A DNA stretch of 50,654 nucleotides from Methanobacteriota archaeon (GTDB lineage Archaea; Undinarchaeota; Undinarchaeia; Undinarchaeales; Undinarchaeaceae): contig NZBN01000004.1 of assembly GCA_002687935.1 (NCBI GenBank), positions 1 to 50,654 of the forward strand, read 5' to 3'. This document shows, piece by piece, positions 1 to 9,986 of this stretch. A program made the translations under genes and the position numbers. Each line of letters opens with the position of its first letter. Within the stretch, counting starts at the first letter, position 1. The notes beneath the pieces were generated by a model that made no database searches, was not told where the DNA came from, and worked only from the letters and a program-made list of their open reading frames with translations.

Positions 1-52
1 CGCGGCGGAATATGGCATGGACGTATTGGTAGAAGTCCATGATCGCGCATAG

Positions 53-175
53 CAAAAGCTTGAACAAGGACATGAATTTGAAGAATATGCTCATAAATTA
101 TTTCCTGATGCTGTTAATCTTGCAGAATTAGAATTCAATAGAAATTTAGAAAAGACAAAAGAGTTAATATTCTAA
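53..175 (+). pseudogene. Gene fragment resembling the N-terminal part of DUF2779-type proteins
   Basis: Manual translation QKLEQGHEFEEYAHKLFPDAVNLAELEFNRNLEKTKELIF*; no start codon, preceded in frame by TAG at 50-52; resemblance recalled from memory only. Confidence 0.3.
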
Positions 176-182
176 ACGAGTA

Positions 183-533
183 TTGAAAGAAAGCATAACA
201 CAATTTATTGGAACTGATAGAGTTTGTAAAGGATGTGTCACAGTATTTGAACCGGCATCGTGGAACCAATTATATTGTAATAAAATGTGTCGTTTGAATA
301 ATTATTGCCCGCCAACCATAAAATGTAAGGTTTGTGGAAATAAACGAGAGAAATATGGACGCGGGATGTGTAGAAGTTGTTGGAAAAGGAGTTACCTCTT
401 AAAGAAAAATCCAATAAAACAGAAAAAATGTAAAAAATGTAGTAAGACATTTGAAACACGTTTTTCATTTAAGATTTTTTGTTCAAATGAGTGTAAAATT
501 AGATACCATTCGGAAAACCAAAAATCTAAATAA
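183..533 (+). CDS. Cys-rich, basic putative zinc-ribbon protein
   Basis: 116 aa with six CxxC/CxxxC motifs (CKGC, CNKMC, CKVC, CRSC, CKKC, CSNEC); TTG start; AT-rich. Confidence 0.6.
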   Translation: MKESITQFIGTDRVCKGCVTVFEPASWNQLYCNKMCRLNNYCPPTIKCKVCGNKREKYGRGMCRSCWKRSYLLKKNPIKQKKCKKCSKTFETRFSFKIFCSNECKIRYHSENQKSK

Positions 534-606
534 TCCAAGCGCCGAGGATCAGATTCACTTCGTGAATAACCCCTCGTCGCGGGTTAAATAATCCAAGCGC
601 CGAGGA
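527..606 (+). repeat. 22-bp direct repeat of the tRNA-Ser 3' end plus trailer, flanking a 36-bp hairpin insert
   Basis: taaataatccaagcgccgagga at 527-548 and 585-606; insert tcaga-ttcac-ttc-gtgaa-taaccc-ctcgtcgcgggt. Confidence 0.9.
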
Positions 607-681
607 GGGGATTTGAACCCCCAAATCCCGAAGGAAACTGAGTTAGCAACCCAGCGCAATACCAGATTATGCGACCTCGGC
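598..681 (-). tRNA. tRNA-Ser(GCT)
   Basis: Cloverleaf with acceptor GCCGAGG/CCTCGGC, anticodon arm CTGGG-TTGCTAA-CTCAG, long variable arm, TTCAAAT T-loop, G73; CCA not encoded. Confidence 0.95.
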
Positions 682-819
682 TTTGTGTTGACTTCTTCTG
701 AGCCAAGGGTTATGCAGTATCTAATTGCATTGTCTGCATCTGACCTCGGCTTTGTGTTGACTTCTTCTGAGCCGAGGGTTACATAGTAACCAAGTTCAAG
801 GTCTATGTCTGACCTCGGC
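673..819 (-). repeat. Tandem array with 69-bp period upstream of tRNA-Ser: 40-bp repeats separated by 29-bp structured spacers
   Basis: Repeat at 673-712 and 742-781 (one mismatch), partial copy at 811-819; spacers 713-741 and 782-810 are both hairpins with 16-nt loops. Confidence 0.92.
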
Positions 820-885
820 GAACTTATAGCTCTAATCTCTTTCTAAGTTCTAGAAAAAACTAATAGAAAAGCTAGGATATAAAAC

Positions 886-1197
886 TTAAGTTTTGACCTG
901 AATTTCAATATTAACAGCGTCAGGAATTGGTATTCGCATAATTTGCCTCATGACTCTCTCATTCGGCTCGACGTCCATCAGACGCTTGTGAATCCTCATC
1001 TCCCAGCGGTCAAAAGTCGCTGTTCCCTCTCCATCCGTCGACTTGCGAGTGGTGACCTTGAGCTTCTTTGTAGGAAGTGAAATAGGTCCTGAGAACTTTA
1101 CCTTGCTGTCAGAGGCAATGCTCTTTATATTCTCACAAATATCATTAAGAAGGCCTATTTCTCTACCTGTTAGTCTTATTCTTGCTTTTGTCGTCAT
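886..1197 (-). CDS. rps10: 30S ribosomal protein S10 (uS10)
   Basis: [10 protein letters not shown]...WEMRIHKRL motifs; follows tuf. Confidence 0.97.
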   Translation of the reverse strand: MTTKARIRLTGREIGLLNDICENIKSIASDSKVKFSGPISLPTKKLKVTTRKSTDGEGTATFDRWEMRIHKRLMDVEPNERVMRQIMRIPIPDAVNIEIQVKT

Positions 1198-1259
1198 AAA
1201 AAGAAAGAGTGAGGAGGAAAAGAATTACTCCTTTTCCTCTTCACGATATTTTTATTGGC

Positions 1260-2540
1260 TTAGTCCGACTTCTTAGGTGTTACCTTAGTAACTACACCAG
1301 CACCGACTGTTGCTCCCATATCCCTGATAGCGAATCTACCAAGAGGTGGGAAATCAGCGGCTGTCTCCAGAACAAAAGGCTTAGTTGGTCTAAACCTGAT
1401 GACTGCAGAGTCGCCAGACTTGAGCATTTCCTTGTTTTCAGTTACTTCCTGCCCTGTCTTCGGATCCATCTTCTTGACAATCTCTTCGATTGTGCAAGCT
1501 ACCTGCGCTGTGTGGCAGTGGATTACCGGTGTGTATCCTGCGGTTATTGCGCTTGGGTGCTGTAGAATAACAACCTGTGCCTCGAAAGTCTCTGCGACCT
1601 GAGGTGGATTGCTTACTTCTCCAGCTACGTCTCCGCGCTTTACCGAGCCTTTGTCAAGGCCGCGAACGTTTATTCCGACATTGTCCCCAGGCTCAGCCTG
1701 TGGAAGCTGTTCGTGGTGCATCTCAACAGTCTTAACTTCTCCAGTTGCCCCGCTTGGTTGGAATAGCAGCTTCATGCCTGGCTTGAGAAGTCCTGTCTCA
1801 ACACGGCCAACAGGAACAACACCAACACCAGTAATGCTGTATGCATCCTGGATTGGCATCCTGAGTGGCTTGTCTGTTGCCTTTTCAGGCGGAACTAGCT
1901 CGTCGAAACGCTTGATGAGTGAAGGTCCTTTGTACCATCCCATATTCTCTCCAGCATCTGCTGTCATGTTCTCTCCTGTTACGAAAGCTGCTGTTGGGAT
2001 GAAAGTTACTTCATCTGTCTTTACGCCGACCGGCTTTAGAAGGTCTTCAACAGTCTTCTTGACTTCATTGAATCGCTCTTCCTTCCAGTCTACTTCGTCC
2101 ATCTTGTTGATGGTTACGATTAGCTGGTTAACGCCGAGTGTTTTAAGAAGCCATGCGTGCTCCTTAGTCTGTGGCTGAATTCCCTCTTTGGCCGAGACGA
2201 CCAAAACAGCTGCATCAGCTTGGGAAGCGCCTGTGATCATGTTCTTGACGAAATCCCTGTGACCGGGTGCGTCAATGATCGTAAAGTCGTACTTCTGAGT
2301 CTTGAACTTCTTATGAGCTACATCAATGGTCAGACCTCTTTCTCTCTCTTCCTTTAGCCTGTCCATGACGAAAGCCAATCCGAATGTCTCCTTACCCAGA
2401 GTCTTCGCTTCCTCCTGGATCTTCTTCATTTCCTGCTCAGGGATGTTTCCTGTATCAAACAGTACTCTTCCGACTGAGGTGGACTTTCCGTGGTCCACGT
2501 GGCCAACGAAGACCAGATTCATGTGTGCTTTGTCTGCCAT
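1260..2540 (-). CDS. tuf: Elongation factor 1-alpha
   Basis: [31 protein letters not shown]. Confidence 0.99.
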   Translation of the reverse strand: MADKAHMNLVFVGHVDHGKSTSVGRVLFDTGNIPEQEMKKIQEEAKTLGKETFGLAFVMDRLKEERERGLTIDVAHKKFKTQKYDFTIIDAPGHRDFVKNMITGASQADAAVLVVSAKEGIQPQTKEHAWLLKTLGVNQLIVTINKMDEVDWKEERFNEVKKTVEDLLKPVGVKTDEVTFIPTAAFVTGENMTADAGENMGWYKGPSLIKRFDELVPPEKATDKPLRMPIQDAYSITGVGVVPVGRVETGLLKPGMKLLFQPSGATGEVKTVEMHHEQLPQAEPGDNVGINVRGLDKGSVKRGDVAGEVSNPPQVAETFEAQVVILQHPSAITAGYTPVIHCHTAQVACTIEEIVKKMDPKTGQEVTENKEMLKSGDSAVIRFRPTKPFVLETAADFPPLGRFAIRDMGATVGAGVVTKVTPKKSD

Positions 2541-2602
2541 GTTTTTTTCTCCTTGCGAACGATATGGTCATGCCATAATCGCGAGCATTATGATGTTATT
2601 AC

Positions 2603-2616
2603 ACCTATATATAGGT
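2603..2616 (-). promoter_or_regulatory. TATA-like perfect palindrome, possible internal promoter for tuf
   Basis: acctatatataggt (14-bp palindrome) in the fusA-tuf spacer, 63-76 nt upstream of the tuf ATG. Confidence 0.4.
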
Positions 2617-2635
2617 TTATATGTGATTTTCGCCA

Positions 2636-4840
2636 TCAACCGAGCAAGTCGCTCGGAGTCTGTGGATTCTCGCTAAGACCCTTCCTCTGCCTGATTTCAG
2701 AAACGGTTTTTGCCTGCAATTCCTTTGGAATCTTCTCGAAACCAGAAACTTCCGTGCTCCAGAGGACTCTTCCCTCAGTAGCGCTTCTTATTGCGCCTGC
2801 AAATCCAAACATTTCTGCTACAGGGGACTTTGCGACTATTTCCATTTGGTCTCCTTCCTGTTTAATATCAAGTATCTGACCTCGCCTGCTCTGCATTTCC
2901 TTGTTTACAGAACCCATATGAGTTTCAGGAACACGGACGAATACCTTCTGTATAGGCTCTGTTAGGCTTATTCCAGCTGTCAGCATAGCTGCCTTTATTG
3001 CATTCCTTACTGCAGGGATTACCTGTGCAGGTCCCCTGTGAATAGCATCTTCGTGAAGTTTGACATCGTGAAGAACAACTTTTAGTCCAGCACATCGTTC
3101 ATTTGAAAGCGGACCCTTCTTTACAACATCGTCAAATCCATCCATACAGAGTTCCATTACTTCTCCAAGGTGGACTTCTCCCTTGACAACGCTCATGAAG
3201 ATATTATTTCCGTGGATGCTTGAAACTCCCTTTGCAAGCTTGCTGTCCATTCCAAGCTCTGTGAATTTCTTTACAATCTCTTTCTGTGTCTTCTTCTTTA
3301 TTCGGCCCTGGGGAAGCTCTCCCTTAAGAATTGCCTCTGAGATTTCCTCTTCCAGTGGGTGAACACTGATGTAGAATTTGTTGTGCTTGTTCGGGCTCTT
3401 TCCTTCGAGTTGAGGACTCATTGACTCAGTAGTTTCTCTGTAAACTACAATTGGGTCAGATGAGTTGATTGGAATTTTATGGTCATTCTCTATTCTGTAT
3501 TTCCAGATTTCAAGGTGAAGCTCTCCTGTACCAGACATCTTGCACTCTCCGGTTTCTTCGTCGACTTCAATCTGGATTGCAGGGTCTTGTTTTGCGATTC
3601 TGTAAAGAACTTCAACAAGTTTTGGCAGGTCCTTTGTACTTTTTGCCTCTATAGCTTCTGTAACGACCGGCTCAGTCTCCTGAATTCTTTCGAAGGGGTC
3701 AATCAGCTGAGAGGGAATGCATCCGGTTTCTCCTGAGCGGGCTGTCTTCAGACCGCTTACAGCGACAATGTTTCCGACAGGGACTTCCTCAATCTGGACT
3801 CTGTCATTTGTCATGTAGAGAGCCAATTGCTGGATTCTGAAATCCTGATTTGCGTTTATTAAATGAATATCACTTCCTGCTTTGAGAGTTCCTGAGTAAA
3901 GTCTTCCGAGAGCAACGTCTCCTGCGTGGGGGTCAGAATGAATCTTGGTTATCATAAAAGCAACTGGACCATCTTTATCGCAGGCCTTTAGTTTTTCTCG
4001 GACCTCATCATCTTCTCCAGGCCAGATTGCAGGAATTCTGTATTTCTGAGAGTCTACAGGACTTGGGTGGTGCTTGACAACAAGGTCAAGGGCTATTTTT
4101 GAAAGTGGTGCCTTGTCTGCGAGTTCCTTCCACTTGTCGTCTCCTTCACTGTATGCGTTGATTATATCACCGAATGATATGTTGAGCTCCTTCATGTGAG
4201 GAACTGAAAGTGCCCATCGATGGAAACCTGAACCGAACATAACGGAGCCGTCTTCAACTCTGACCTTCCAGTCATGCTCGAAATCATCAGGAAGATTCTT
4301 TGCAATTAGCTGGTTTACCTTTGCGATTATTTTTACAAAGCGCTCCTGCATCTGCTCCGGTGTCAGTTTAAGTTCTCTTATAAGTCTGTCAACTTTGTTT
4401 ATGAAAAGAAGTGGCTTTACTCTTTCTCTGAGAGCCTGTCGTAAAACTGTTTCTGTCTGAGGCATGCAGCCTTCAACAGCATCGACGAGAACTAGTCCGC
4501 CGTCAACAGCACGCATTGCTCTGATGACGTCGCCACCGAAGTCAACGTGACCGGGAGTGTCGATAAGATTTATAAGATAATCTTCTCCTTCAGAATTGTG
4601 GACCAGAGTAACATTTGCCGCATTAATCGTGATTCCACGAGCCTGTTCCTGCTCGTCGAAGTCGAGTGCTCTCTGCTGTCCTGCAAGTTCTTCAGAAATA
4701 AGTCCAGAGTCTGCAAGAAGGCTGTCAGAAAGTGTTGTCTTTCCGTGGTCTATGTGGGCTATAATTCCCATGTTCCTGATTTTATCAGGAGTCTTCATCA
4801 ATTCCTTTATCTGTTCAATTAAATCTTCTCTTCGTCCCAT
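2636..4840 (-). CDS. fusA: Elongation factor 2
   Basis: AHIDHGKTT, DTPGHVDF, NKVD, diphthamide loop DAIHRGPAQ. Confidence 0.99.
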   Translation of the reverse strand: MGRREDLIEQIKELMKTPDKIRNMGIIAHIDHGKTTLSDSLLADSGLISEELAGQQRALDFDEQEQARGITINAANVTLVHNSEGEDYLINLIDTPGHVDFGGDVIRAMRAVDGGLVLVDAVEGCMPQTETVLRQALRERVKPLLFINKVDRLIRELKLTPEQMQERFVKIIAKVNQLIAKNLPDDFEHDWKVRVEDGSVMFGSGFHRWALSVPHMKELNISFGDIINAYSEGDDKWKELADKAPLSKIALDLVVKHHPSPVDSQKYRIPAIWPGEDDEVREKLKACDKDGPVAFMITKIHSDPHAGDVALGRLYSGTLKAGSDIHLINANQDFRIQQLALYMTNDRVQIEEVPVGNIVAVSGLKTARSGETGCIPSQLIDPFERIQETEPVVTEAIEAKSTKDLPKLVEVLYRIAKQDPAIQIEVDEETGECKMSGTGELHLEIWKYRIENDHKIPINSSDPIVVYRETTESMSPQLEGKSPNKHNKFYISVHPLEEEISEAILKGELPQGRIKKKTQKEIVKKFTELGMDSKLAKGVSSIHGNNIFMSVVKGEVHLGEVMELCMDGFDDVVKKGPLSNERCAGLKVVLHDVKLHEDAIHRGPAQVIPAVRNAIKAAMLTAGISLTEPIQKVFVRVPETHMGSVNKEMQSRRGQILDIKQEGDQMEIVAKSPVAEMFGFAGAIRSATEGRVLWSTEVSGFEKIPKELQAKTVSEIRQRKGLSENPQTPSDLLG

Positions 4841-4845
4841 TTTAA

Positions 4846-5448
4846 TTAACGTGCGCTTGCTGCAACCCTCTCAAGTTCATCTCTTTTGCTGACAGCATAG
4901 CACTTCTGGTCACCATTGCCTGCTGCAATAATTTCAGCCGCAAGAGAAGTTTCCACACTCTGCCTAGATTTGAAGGCTCTTGAGCTTGCTCCATGGCTGA
5001 TGAATCTGAGTGCAAGGTCAACTCTCCTGATTGGAGAAACATTAACAGGTCTGTGAGCGATTATTCCACCCTGCCTAATTCTTGTTGTTTCCTCAATTGG
5101 GGCACTGTATTCTACCGCGCGAACGAGGACCTGAAGAGGATTTTCTGATGTCTTTTTTTCTATGATTTCAAGAGCTTTTCTGACTGATGTAAGAGCCTTC
5201 TGCTTCTTTCCTGAGTCACGACCGCTGATTTTCTTGTGAGTTCTGTTATCCTTCAAGTGCCCTGTGACCATCATCTTGTTTGCCAGCCTCTCGACCATTG
5301 AATAGTGAAGGTTACCGAATTTTACCTTTGCATATTTTCCGTAAGAATGTGGGACTATGTTTCCGCCGGTGTTAAGATATGCTTTAAGACCAATGTCTCG
5401 TACCAGAAGACTTGAGGTTTCCCATTTGCCAAAAACTTTGAAATCCAT
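4846..5448 (-). CDS. rps7: 30S ribosomal protein S7 (uS7)
   Basis: NPLQVLVRAV, EETTRI, SPIRRVDLALR, ELERVAASAR. Confidence 0.97.
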   Translation of the reverse strand: MDFKVFGKWETSSLLVRDIGLKAYLNTGGNIVPHSYGKYAKVKFGNLHYSMVERLANKMMVTGHLKDNRTHKKISGRDSGKKQKALTSVRKALEIIEKKTSENPLQVLVRAVEYSAPIEETTRIRQGGIIAHRPVNVSPIRRVDLALRFISHGASSRAFKSRQSVETSLAAEIIAAGNGDQKCYAVSKRDELERVAASAR

Positions 5449-5885
5449 TACTTGAGTGACCTCTCTTTCTTACCTCTGATGAGTTCCGGAAGGGAAACTC
5501 CATTGACTTTAATAACTTTGAATCTGACACCAGGGATGTCCCCTTTTGACTTACCCATTGGTCCACTGATTCCGACAATATCGACTTCGTCGTGCTCATT
5601 TATGAAGCTGATAGCATTATTTCCGGGCATGAAGGCAGTAACCATTTTATTATTCTTTGTAAGCTGAACTCTGACACACTTCCTGATAGCAGAGTTAGGC
5701 TGTTTTGCCTCAAGACCGACCTTTTCAAGAACGATTCCCTTAGCCTGAGGAGAGCCTGCAAGGGGTGAAGAACGGATATTTAGAGCAAGAGCTCGTCTTT
5801 TGTAGAGGCGGTCACTCCATCTAAAGCGCTGCCTTCTTTTCTTCAGCTTTCTTGCTGTAAACAGTCCGGTTGGTTTTCTTGCCAT
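5448..5885 (-). CDS. rps12: 30S ribosomal protein S12 (uS12)
   Basis: [27 protein letters not shown]. Confidence 0.98.
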   Translation of the reverse strand: MARKPTGLFTARKLKKRRQRFRWSDRLYKRRALALNIRSSPLAGSPQAKGIVLEKVGLEAKQPNSAIRKCVRVQLTKNNKMVTAFMPGNNAISFINEHDEVDIVGISGPMGKSKGDIPGVRFKVIKVNGVSLPELIRGKKERSLK

Positions 5886-6292
5886 TAGTTTACCTTCACC
5901 TGCAAATTATAGTGTCTTTTTAGTAAGGAACCTAGTATTTTAACCTTTTTGCCACCTTTTCCAATTACTCTTCCCTTGTTGTAGTCGTCTGTGTTTATCA
6001 AGAGAGTGTCGTCTTTAAGCTCAATTGAATACTCCATTCCATTTCCGAGATAATTCCTGACGAAGTTTACAGGATCCTCTGGCATTTCTACGATGCGGAC
6101 ATTTTTTCCTACATCTCTTGTCAGACGCTTTGCATTTTCCCCGTTTTTTCCTATTGCAAGGCGGGCATCGCCTTCCTGTACGATGTAAATGAGCTCGTTT
6201 TCAGAATCAATACACTCAATAACACGGGCATTTGAAATTTTTTCAAGAGCGCTTACAAGTGCAAGGGTATCATTCGTTATAAGGAGCGTCAT
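5885..6292 (-). CDS. nusA: Archaeal NusA (KH domains)
   Basis: AIGKNGEN and [11 protein letters not shown] loops; canonical position in the operon. Confidence 0.93.
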   Translation of the reverse strand: MTLLITNDTLALVSALEKISNARVIECIDSENELIYIVQEGDARLAIGKNGENAKRLTRDVGKNVRIVEMPEDPVNFVRNYLGNGMEYSIELKDDTLLINTDDYNKGRVIGKGGKKVKILGSLLKRHYNLQVKVN

Positions 6293-7428
6293 TTCTTATC
6301 TACCTTTTTCATTATCAGCTCTGGAACACCGGTTCCAAGGTTTATTACCTGCCCGACAATTATATTCTCAACAACACCGTTTAGAGGGTCGTCTTCATTG
6401 TATGCTGCTGCCTTTAGAAGATGCTTTACAGTTTCTTCGAAGCTTGCTCTTGCGAGGACTGATGCCTTGTCTCCGGAAATTCCGTGCCTTCCGACAGCTT
6501 TAACCCGGCCATCAGCGCACATTGTGTCAGAGACAAGGGTTATGTGCCTGTTGTCAACAGATAGACCTGCATCGTCGAGTGTGAGAATTGTCTCTTCAAC
6601 AAGCATGTTTCTTGCGGCTTCGATTCCGAAGACCTTCTCTGTTTCAAGTATATCATTGCTCTTTGTTCTGGAAGCGTCGACACCAGGAACAATGAGAGTG
6701 TCTTTTAGATTTGTTCCACTTGTGTAAAGTACAAAGTCTCGGTCCTTCTTCTGTACGACGACATAGCTTATTCCGCCAATTCCTGAAAGATGAGTTTCTC
6801 GCAAATCTTCCTTTAACTTCTGTAAGAGTGATGCAATTTTTTTCTCTGTCTTTACTACTACCTTATTTCCGCCTTCAACTGAGACGCGATTTCCATAGAT
6901 TTCTACAAGCTGATTCTCAAGCTTCTTCGGAGTTATGTTTCGCTTCTTCAGCTCCTCTTTGTCCAGAGTTGCAGTAACTGAATATTTTGCGAAGTCAGTT
7001 GACATTTCAGTCATTATGTTCTTTATTCGGGTCTCCTTAAGACGGTGAGCCATTGATTCTGCCTTTTCAATTGTGTTATTAGACTTGTCAAGATAAATTT
7101 CCATCATTGGAGTCTTAGGAGTTCTTCGTGCATCGAAGATTTCAATAAGCCGGGGAAGACCACGAGTAACGTCCATCGCAGTTCCTGCGTAGTGCTTGGT
7201 TCTCATCATCATTTGAGTTCCAGGTTCACCGAGAGACTGGGCGGCTATAACACCGACTCCTTCTCCTGGCTCTACCTTTGCCTTATTATATGTTGAGTTA
7301 ACGAGACTTAGAAAGTCCTCAGACTGCTTCTTATTCTTTACATTGCCTGCAAATGCCTCTGCCTCTTTCTTTAGCTTTGGAGGCAGTTCAAGTTCATTCA
7401 CTTCTGATGTATTTGACTTTTCACTCAT
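6289..7428 (-). CDS. rpoA2: RNA polymerase subunit A'' (Rpo1C)
   Basis: [28 protein letters not shown]. Confidence 0.98.
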   Translation of the reverse strand: MSEKSNTSEVNELELPPKLKKEAEAFAGNVKNKKQSEDFLSLVNSTYNKAKVEPGEGVGVIAAQSLGEPGTQMMMRTKHYAGTAMDVTRGLPRLIEIFDARRTPKTPMMEIYLDKSNNTIEKAESMAHRLKETRIKNIMTEMSTDFAKYSVTATLDKEELKKRNITPKKLENQLVEIYGNRVSVEGGNKVVVKTEKKIASLLQKLKEDLRETHLSGIGGISYVVVQKKDRDFVLYTSGTNLKDTLIVPGVDASRTKSNDILETEKVFGIEAARNMLVEETILTLDDAGLSVDNRHITLVSDTMCADGRVKAVGRHGISGDKASVLARASFEETVKHLLKAAAYNEDDPLNGVVENIIVGQVINLGTGVPELIMKKVDKK

Positions 7429-9986
7429 TTGTTTTCCACGTCCTTCATTGTTTTTTCCAGATTTACGGATTTTCCAAGGTCTGTCTTTGCCGGATCGACT
7501 CCATCTTCACCATAGTTAAATTGTATAATAACTCCACGACCGTCTCTGACAGTCTCATTGTAATCAACAATAATGTCCTGCATAGCATTGATGAGTCTTC
7601 TCTGGAGATAACCTGATTTTGGAGTTCTCATAGCTGTGTCAGTCAGAGACTCTCGACCCCCCATTGCATGGAAGAAGAATTCAATGGGACCCATTCCACT
7701 CTTGTAGCTGGAACTAACGAATCCACGGGATCTTGCACCAAGATCATTTTTAGCGAAGTGAGGAAGAGTCCTCTCCCTATATCCTCTGAGAATTCTCTGA
7801 CCTCTGATAGCCTGCTGACCAATGCATGCAGACATTTGTGTAATGTTAAGCATGCTTCCTCTTGCTCCAGTCTTTGCCATGAGAAGAGCAAAGTTATTCT
7901 CCTCGAGGTGATCTTTTGCGAGAGTTCCTGCCTTGTTCCTTGCATTGTTTAGTTCAATCATGATTAGCTCTTCGAGCGTGTCTATGACACTCTTTCCTTT
8001 GGATGGAACAAGTTTTCCTGCTCTGTATTTTGAAACCAATTCGTCGACCTTCTTCTCTGCGCCAGAGAGAACCTTTGAAATGTCCTCCATTGTCTTTTCA
8101 GGAAGGTCTTCTTCATCAAGTCCTGTTGTGAAACCTCTCTTGTCAAGGTAGGCAATAGCGAGTTTTGTGATAGAGTTTAGGAAGTTCTTTGCCCCTTCAG
8201 GACCGTGCTTTCTCAGAACTTCATCAAGAAGCTTTCCTGCCATAACACCGACAGATTTGTCATCAATTGAACCCTTCTTCAGAATTCCATTTTTTATGAC
8301 AACGAGACCATTATCCTTTGCAGTATATTCCATATTTATGTCATCAGGTATGAAGAGGCTGATAATATCCCGGCCCTGTATTCTTCCTGTGCCAAGTTTG
8401 AATTCTTCTGCATATCCTGCTCTACTTGCCAGTTGGAAAGCCTCTTTTGAATTCAATTCATCCTTGCTTAGAGAATAAAGTCCAGAAATGTGGTCGTGTA
8501 TACATCCGATAATAGGTCCTCCGAATCTTGGAGACCTTATCTGGTTCTGGACTGACATAAGAAGACGTGCCTCAGTTCTTGCTTCCTCAGTCTGTGGAAC
8601 GTGAAGGTTCATTTCGTCTCCGTCGAAGTCAGCGTTATAAGGTGTGCAGACACAGAGATTTAGTCTGAAGGTCTTTCCGGGAAGAATTCTTGCTCTGTGA
8701 GCCATCATTGACATCTTGTGAAGTGAAGGCTGTCTGTTGAAGAGAACTATATCTCCGTCAATAAGATGTCTCTCAACGATGTAGCCAACATCAATTTCTT
8801 CCAATATTTCATCAATACTCTCTGATGTAAGTCTCTTTCTTCGTCCGTCCGGTCTGATTACGTAGTTTGCTCCAGGATATACATCACGATTTTTGACATA
8901 AGTCAGAATTCTTTCTTTGTTAAGTGTGGTAATTCTTTCAGGTATTGTAAGCTCTGTTGCAATTTCATAAGGAATTCCTACCTCATCGATGCTGATATTG
9001 GGGTCAGGAGAAACAACAGTTCTTGCCGAGAAGTCAACACGCTTTCCTGCAAGGCTTGACCTGAATCGACCTTCCTTACCCTTAAGCCTCTGTTTTAGAG
9101 TCTTCAGTGGTCTTCCTGACCTGTGCCTTGCTGTTGGAACTCCAGTTACTTCATTGTCCATCAAAGTGGTTACGTGGTACTGTACAAGCTCCCACTGATC
9201 CTCAACAATTAGGTGAGGAGCACCTGCTTCAATATTTTCACGAAGTCTCTGATTTAGCCTGATTATATCAACAAGTTTGTGAGTAAGATCGTCCTCAGAA
9301 CGCTCTCCTGTTTCAAGCGTAATACTCGGTCTTGTGGTGACAGGTGGAACAGGGACAACAGTCAGTATTGCCCACTCAGGTCTTGAACTCTCAGGTTTTA
9401 GCCCAAAGAGGAAAATATCGTCGTCAGGTATTTTTTCGAACCATTCTTTTATTTCTGTCGGCATGATTCTTGCGCCGTCCTCAGTATAGCCAGTTGGTTT
9501 TTCAAATTTGATTTTGAGTTTTTTCTCAGAACAATGGGCGCATGCCTTTGGTTTTCTTGCTTCTGTTGTGGTTTTCTTGACCATGTCCTCAAACTCTTCA
9601 GCACCAACGGCCTTTGCCTCCCTGAGTTTTATTTTGTAATCATCTATATCGCTCTGAGGAAGAAGAATTCTTCCGCAGGGTCTGCAGGTCCCTCTGAGAA
9701 CATTGTATATTAGCTTTGCAAATCCAACGTGGATAACAGGTCTTGCAAGATCTATAAATCCGAAGTGCCCAGGGCATTCTCCCATCTTGCTTTTGCAAGT
9801 TCTGCACCTGAGTCCTGGATCTATAACTCCGAGACGTGGATCCATAAGACCAGATTTGATAGGATATCCGTCAGTATCGTGTGTGTCAGGAGTGATAATT
9901 TTAGCAACAGACATTCTCTTTATCATTTTAGGAGAGAGCATCCTGAACTCTATGCTGTCAATTTTACTTTTTATGAATTTGTTCAT
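7425..9986 (-). CDS. rpoA1: RNA polymerase subunit A' (Rpo1N)
   Basis: Catalytic [24 protein letters not shown]. Confidence 0.99.
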   Translation of the reverse strand: MNKFIKSKIDSIEFRMLSPKMIKRMSVAKIITPDTHDTDGYPIKSGLMDPRLGVIDPGLRCRTCKSKMGECPGHFGFIDLARPVIHVGFAKLIYNVLRGTCRPCGRILLPQSDIDDYKIKLREAKAVGAEEFEDMVKKTTTEARKPKACAHCSEKKLKIKFEKPTGYTEDGARIMPTEIKEWFEKIPDDDIFLFGLKPESSRPEWAILTVVPVPPVTTRPSITLETGERSEDDLTHKLVDIIRLNQRLRENIEAGAPHLIVEDQWELVQYHVTTLMDNEVTGVPTARHRSGRPLKTLKQRLKGKEGRFRSSLAGKRVDFSARTVVSPDPNISIDEVGIPYEIATELTIPERITTLNKERILTYVKNRDVYPGANYVIRPDGRRKRLTSESIDEILEEIDVGYIVERHLIDGDIVLFNRQPSLHKMSMMAHRARILPGKTFRLNLCVCTPYNADFDGDEMNLHVPQTEEARTEARLLMSVQNQIRSPRFGGPIIGCIHDHISGLYSLSKDELNSKEAFQLASRAGYAEEFKLGTGRIQGRDIISLFIPDDINMEYTAKDNGLVVIKNGILKKGSIDDKSVGVMAGKLLDEVLRKHGPEGAKNFLNSITKLAIAYLDKRGFTTGLDEEDLPEKTMEDISKVLSGAEKKVDELVSKYRAGKLVPSKGKSVIDTLEELIMIELNNARNKAGTLAKDHLEENNFALLMAKTGARGSMLNITQMSACIGQQAIRGQRILRGYRERTLPHFAKNDLGARSRGFVSSSYKSGMGPIEFFFHAMGGRESLTDTAMRTPKSGYLQRRLINAMQDIIVDYNETVRDGRGVIIQFNYGEDGVDPAKTDLGKSVNLEKTMKDVENK

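Noticed and set aside
47-55. Recoded TAG (pyrrolysine or alternative code) joining the two frame-2 peptides
   Set aside because: The two halves resemble unrelated families, and TAG serves as a normal stop elsewhere in the window (e.g. SRP54, 47-aa peptide).
682-781. C/D-box sRNA or TIGR-like array (CTGA boxes on the plus strand)
   Set aside because: No RTGATGA box C (GTGTTGA lacks the GA needed for a k-turn), no paired 9-nt spacers, and no Nop-domain gene nearby.
673-819. CRISPR array interpretation of the 40-bp repeat / 29-bp spacer pattern
   Set aside because: Only two full repeats, the repeat overlaps the tRNA 5' end, the spacers are themselves conserved-geometry hairpins with shared ends, and no cas genes are present in the window.
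673-819. Integron attC cassettes (RTCTGAC...GTTA resembles RYYYAAC...GTTRRRY)
   Set aside because: The AAC core is GAC, the R' boxes do not fit GTTRRRY, the units carry no ORFs, and no integron integrase is seen.
1609-2178. 189-aa plus-strand ORF
   Set aside because: Antisense shadow of tuf; S/T/P-rich translation with no motif.
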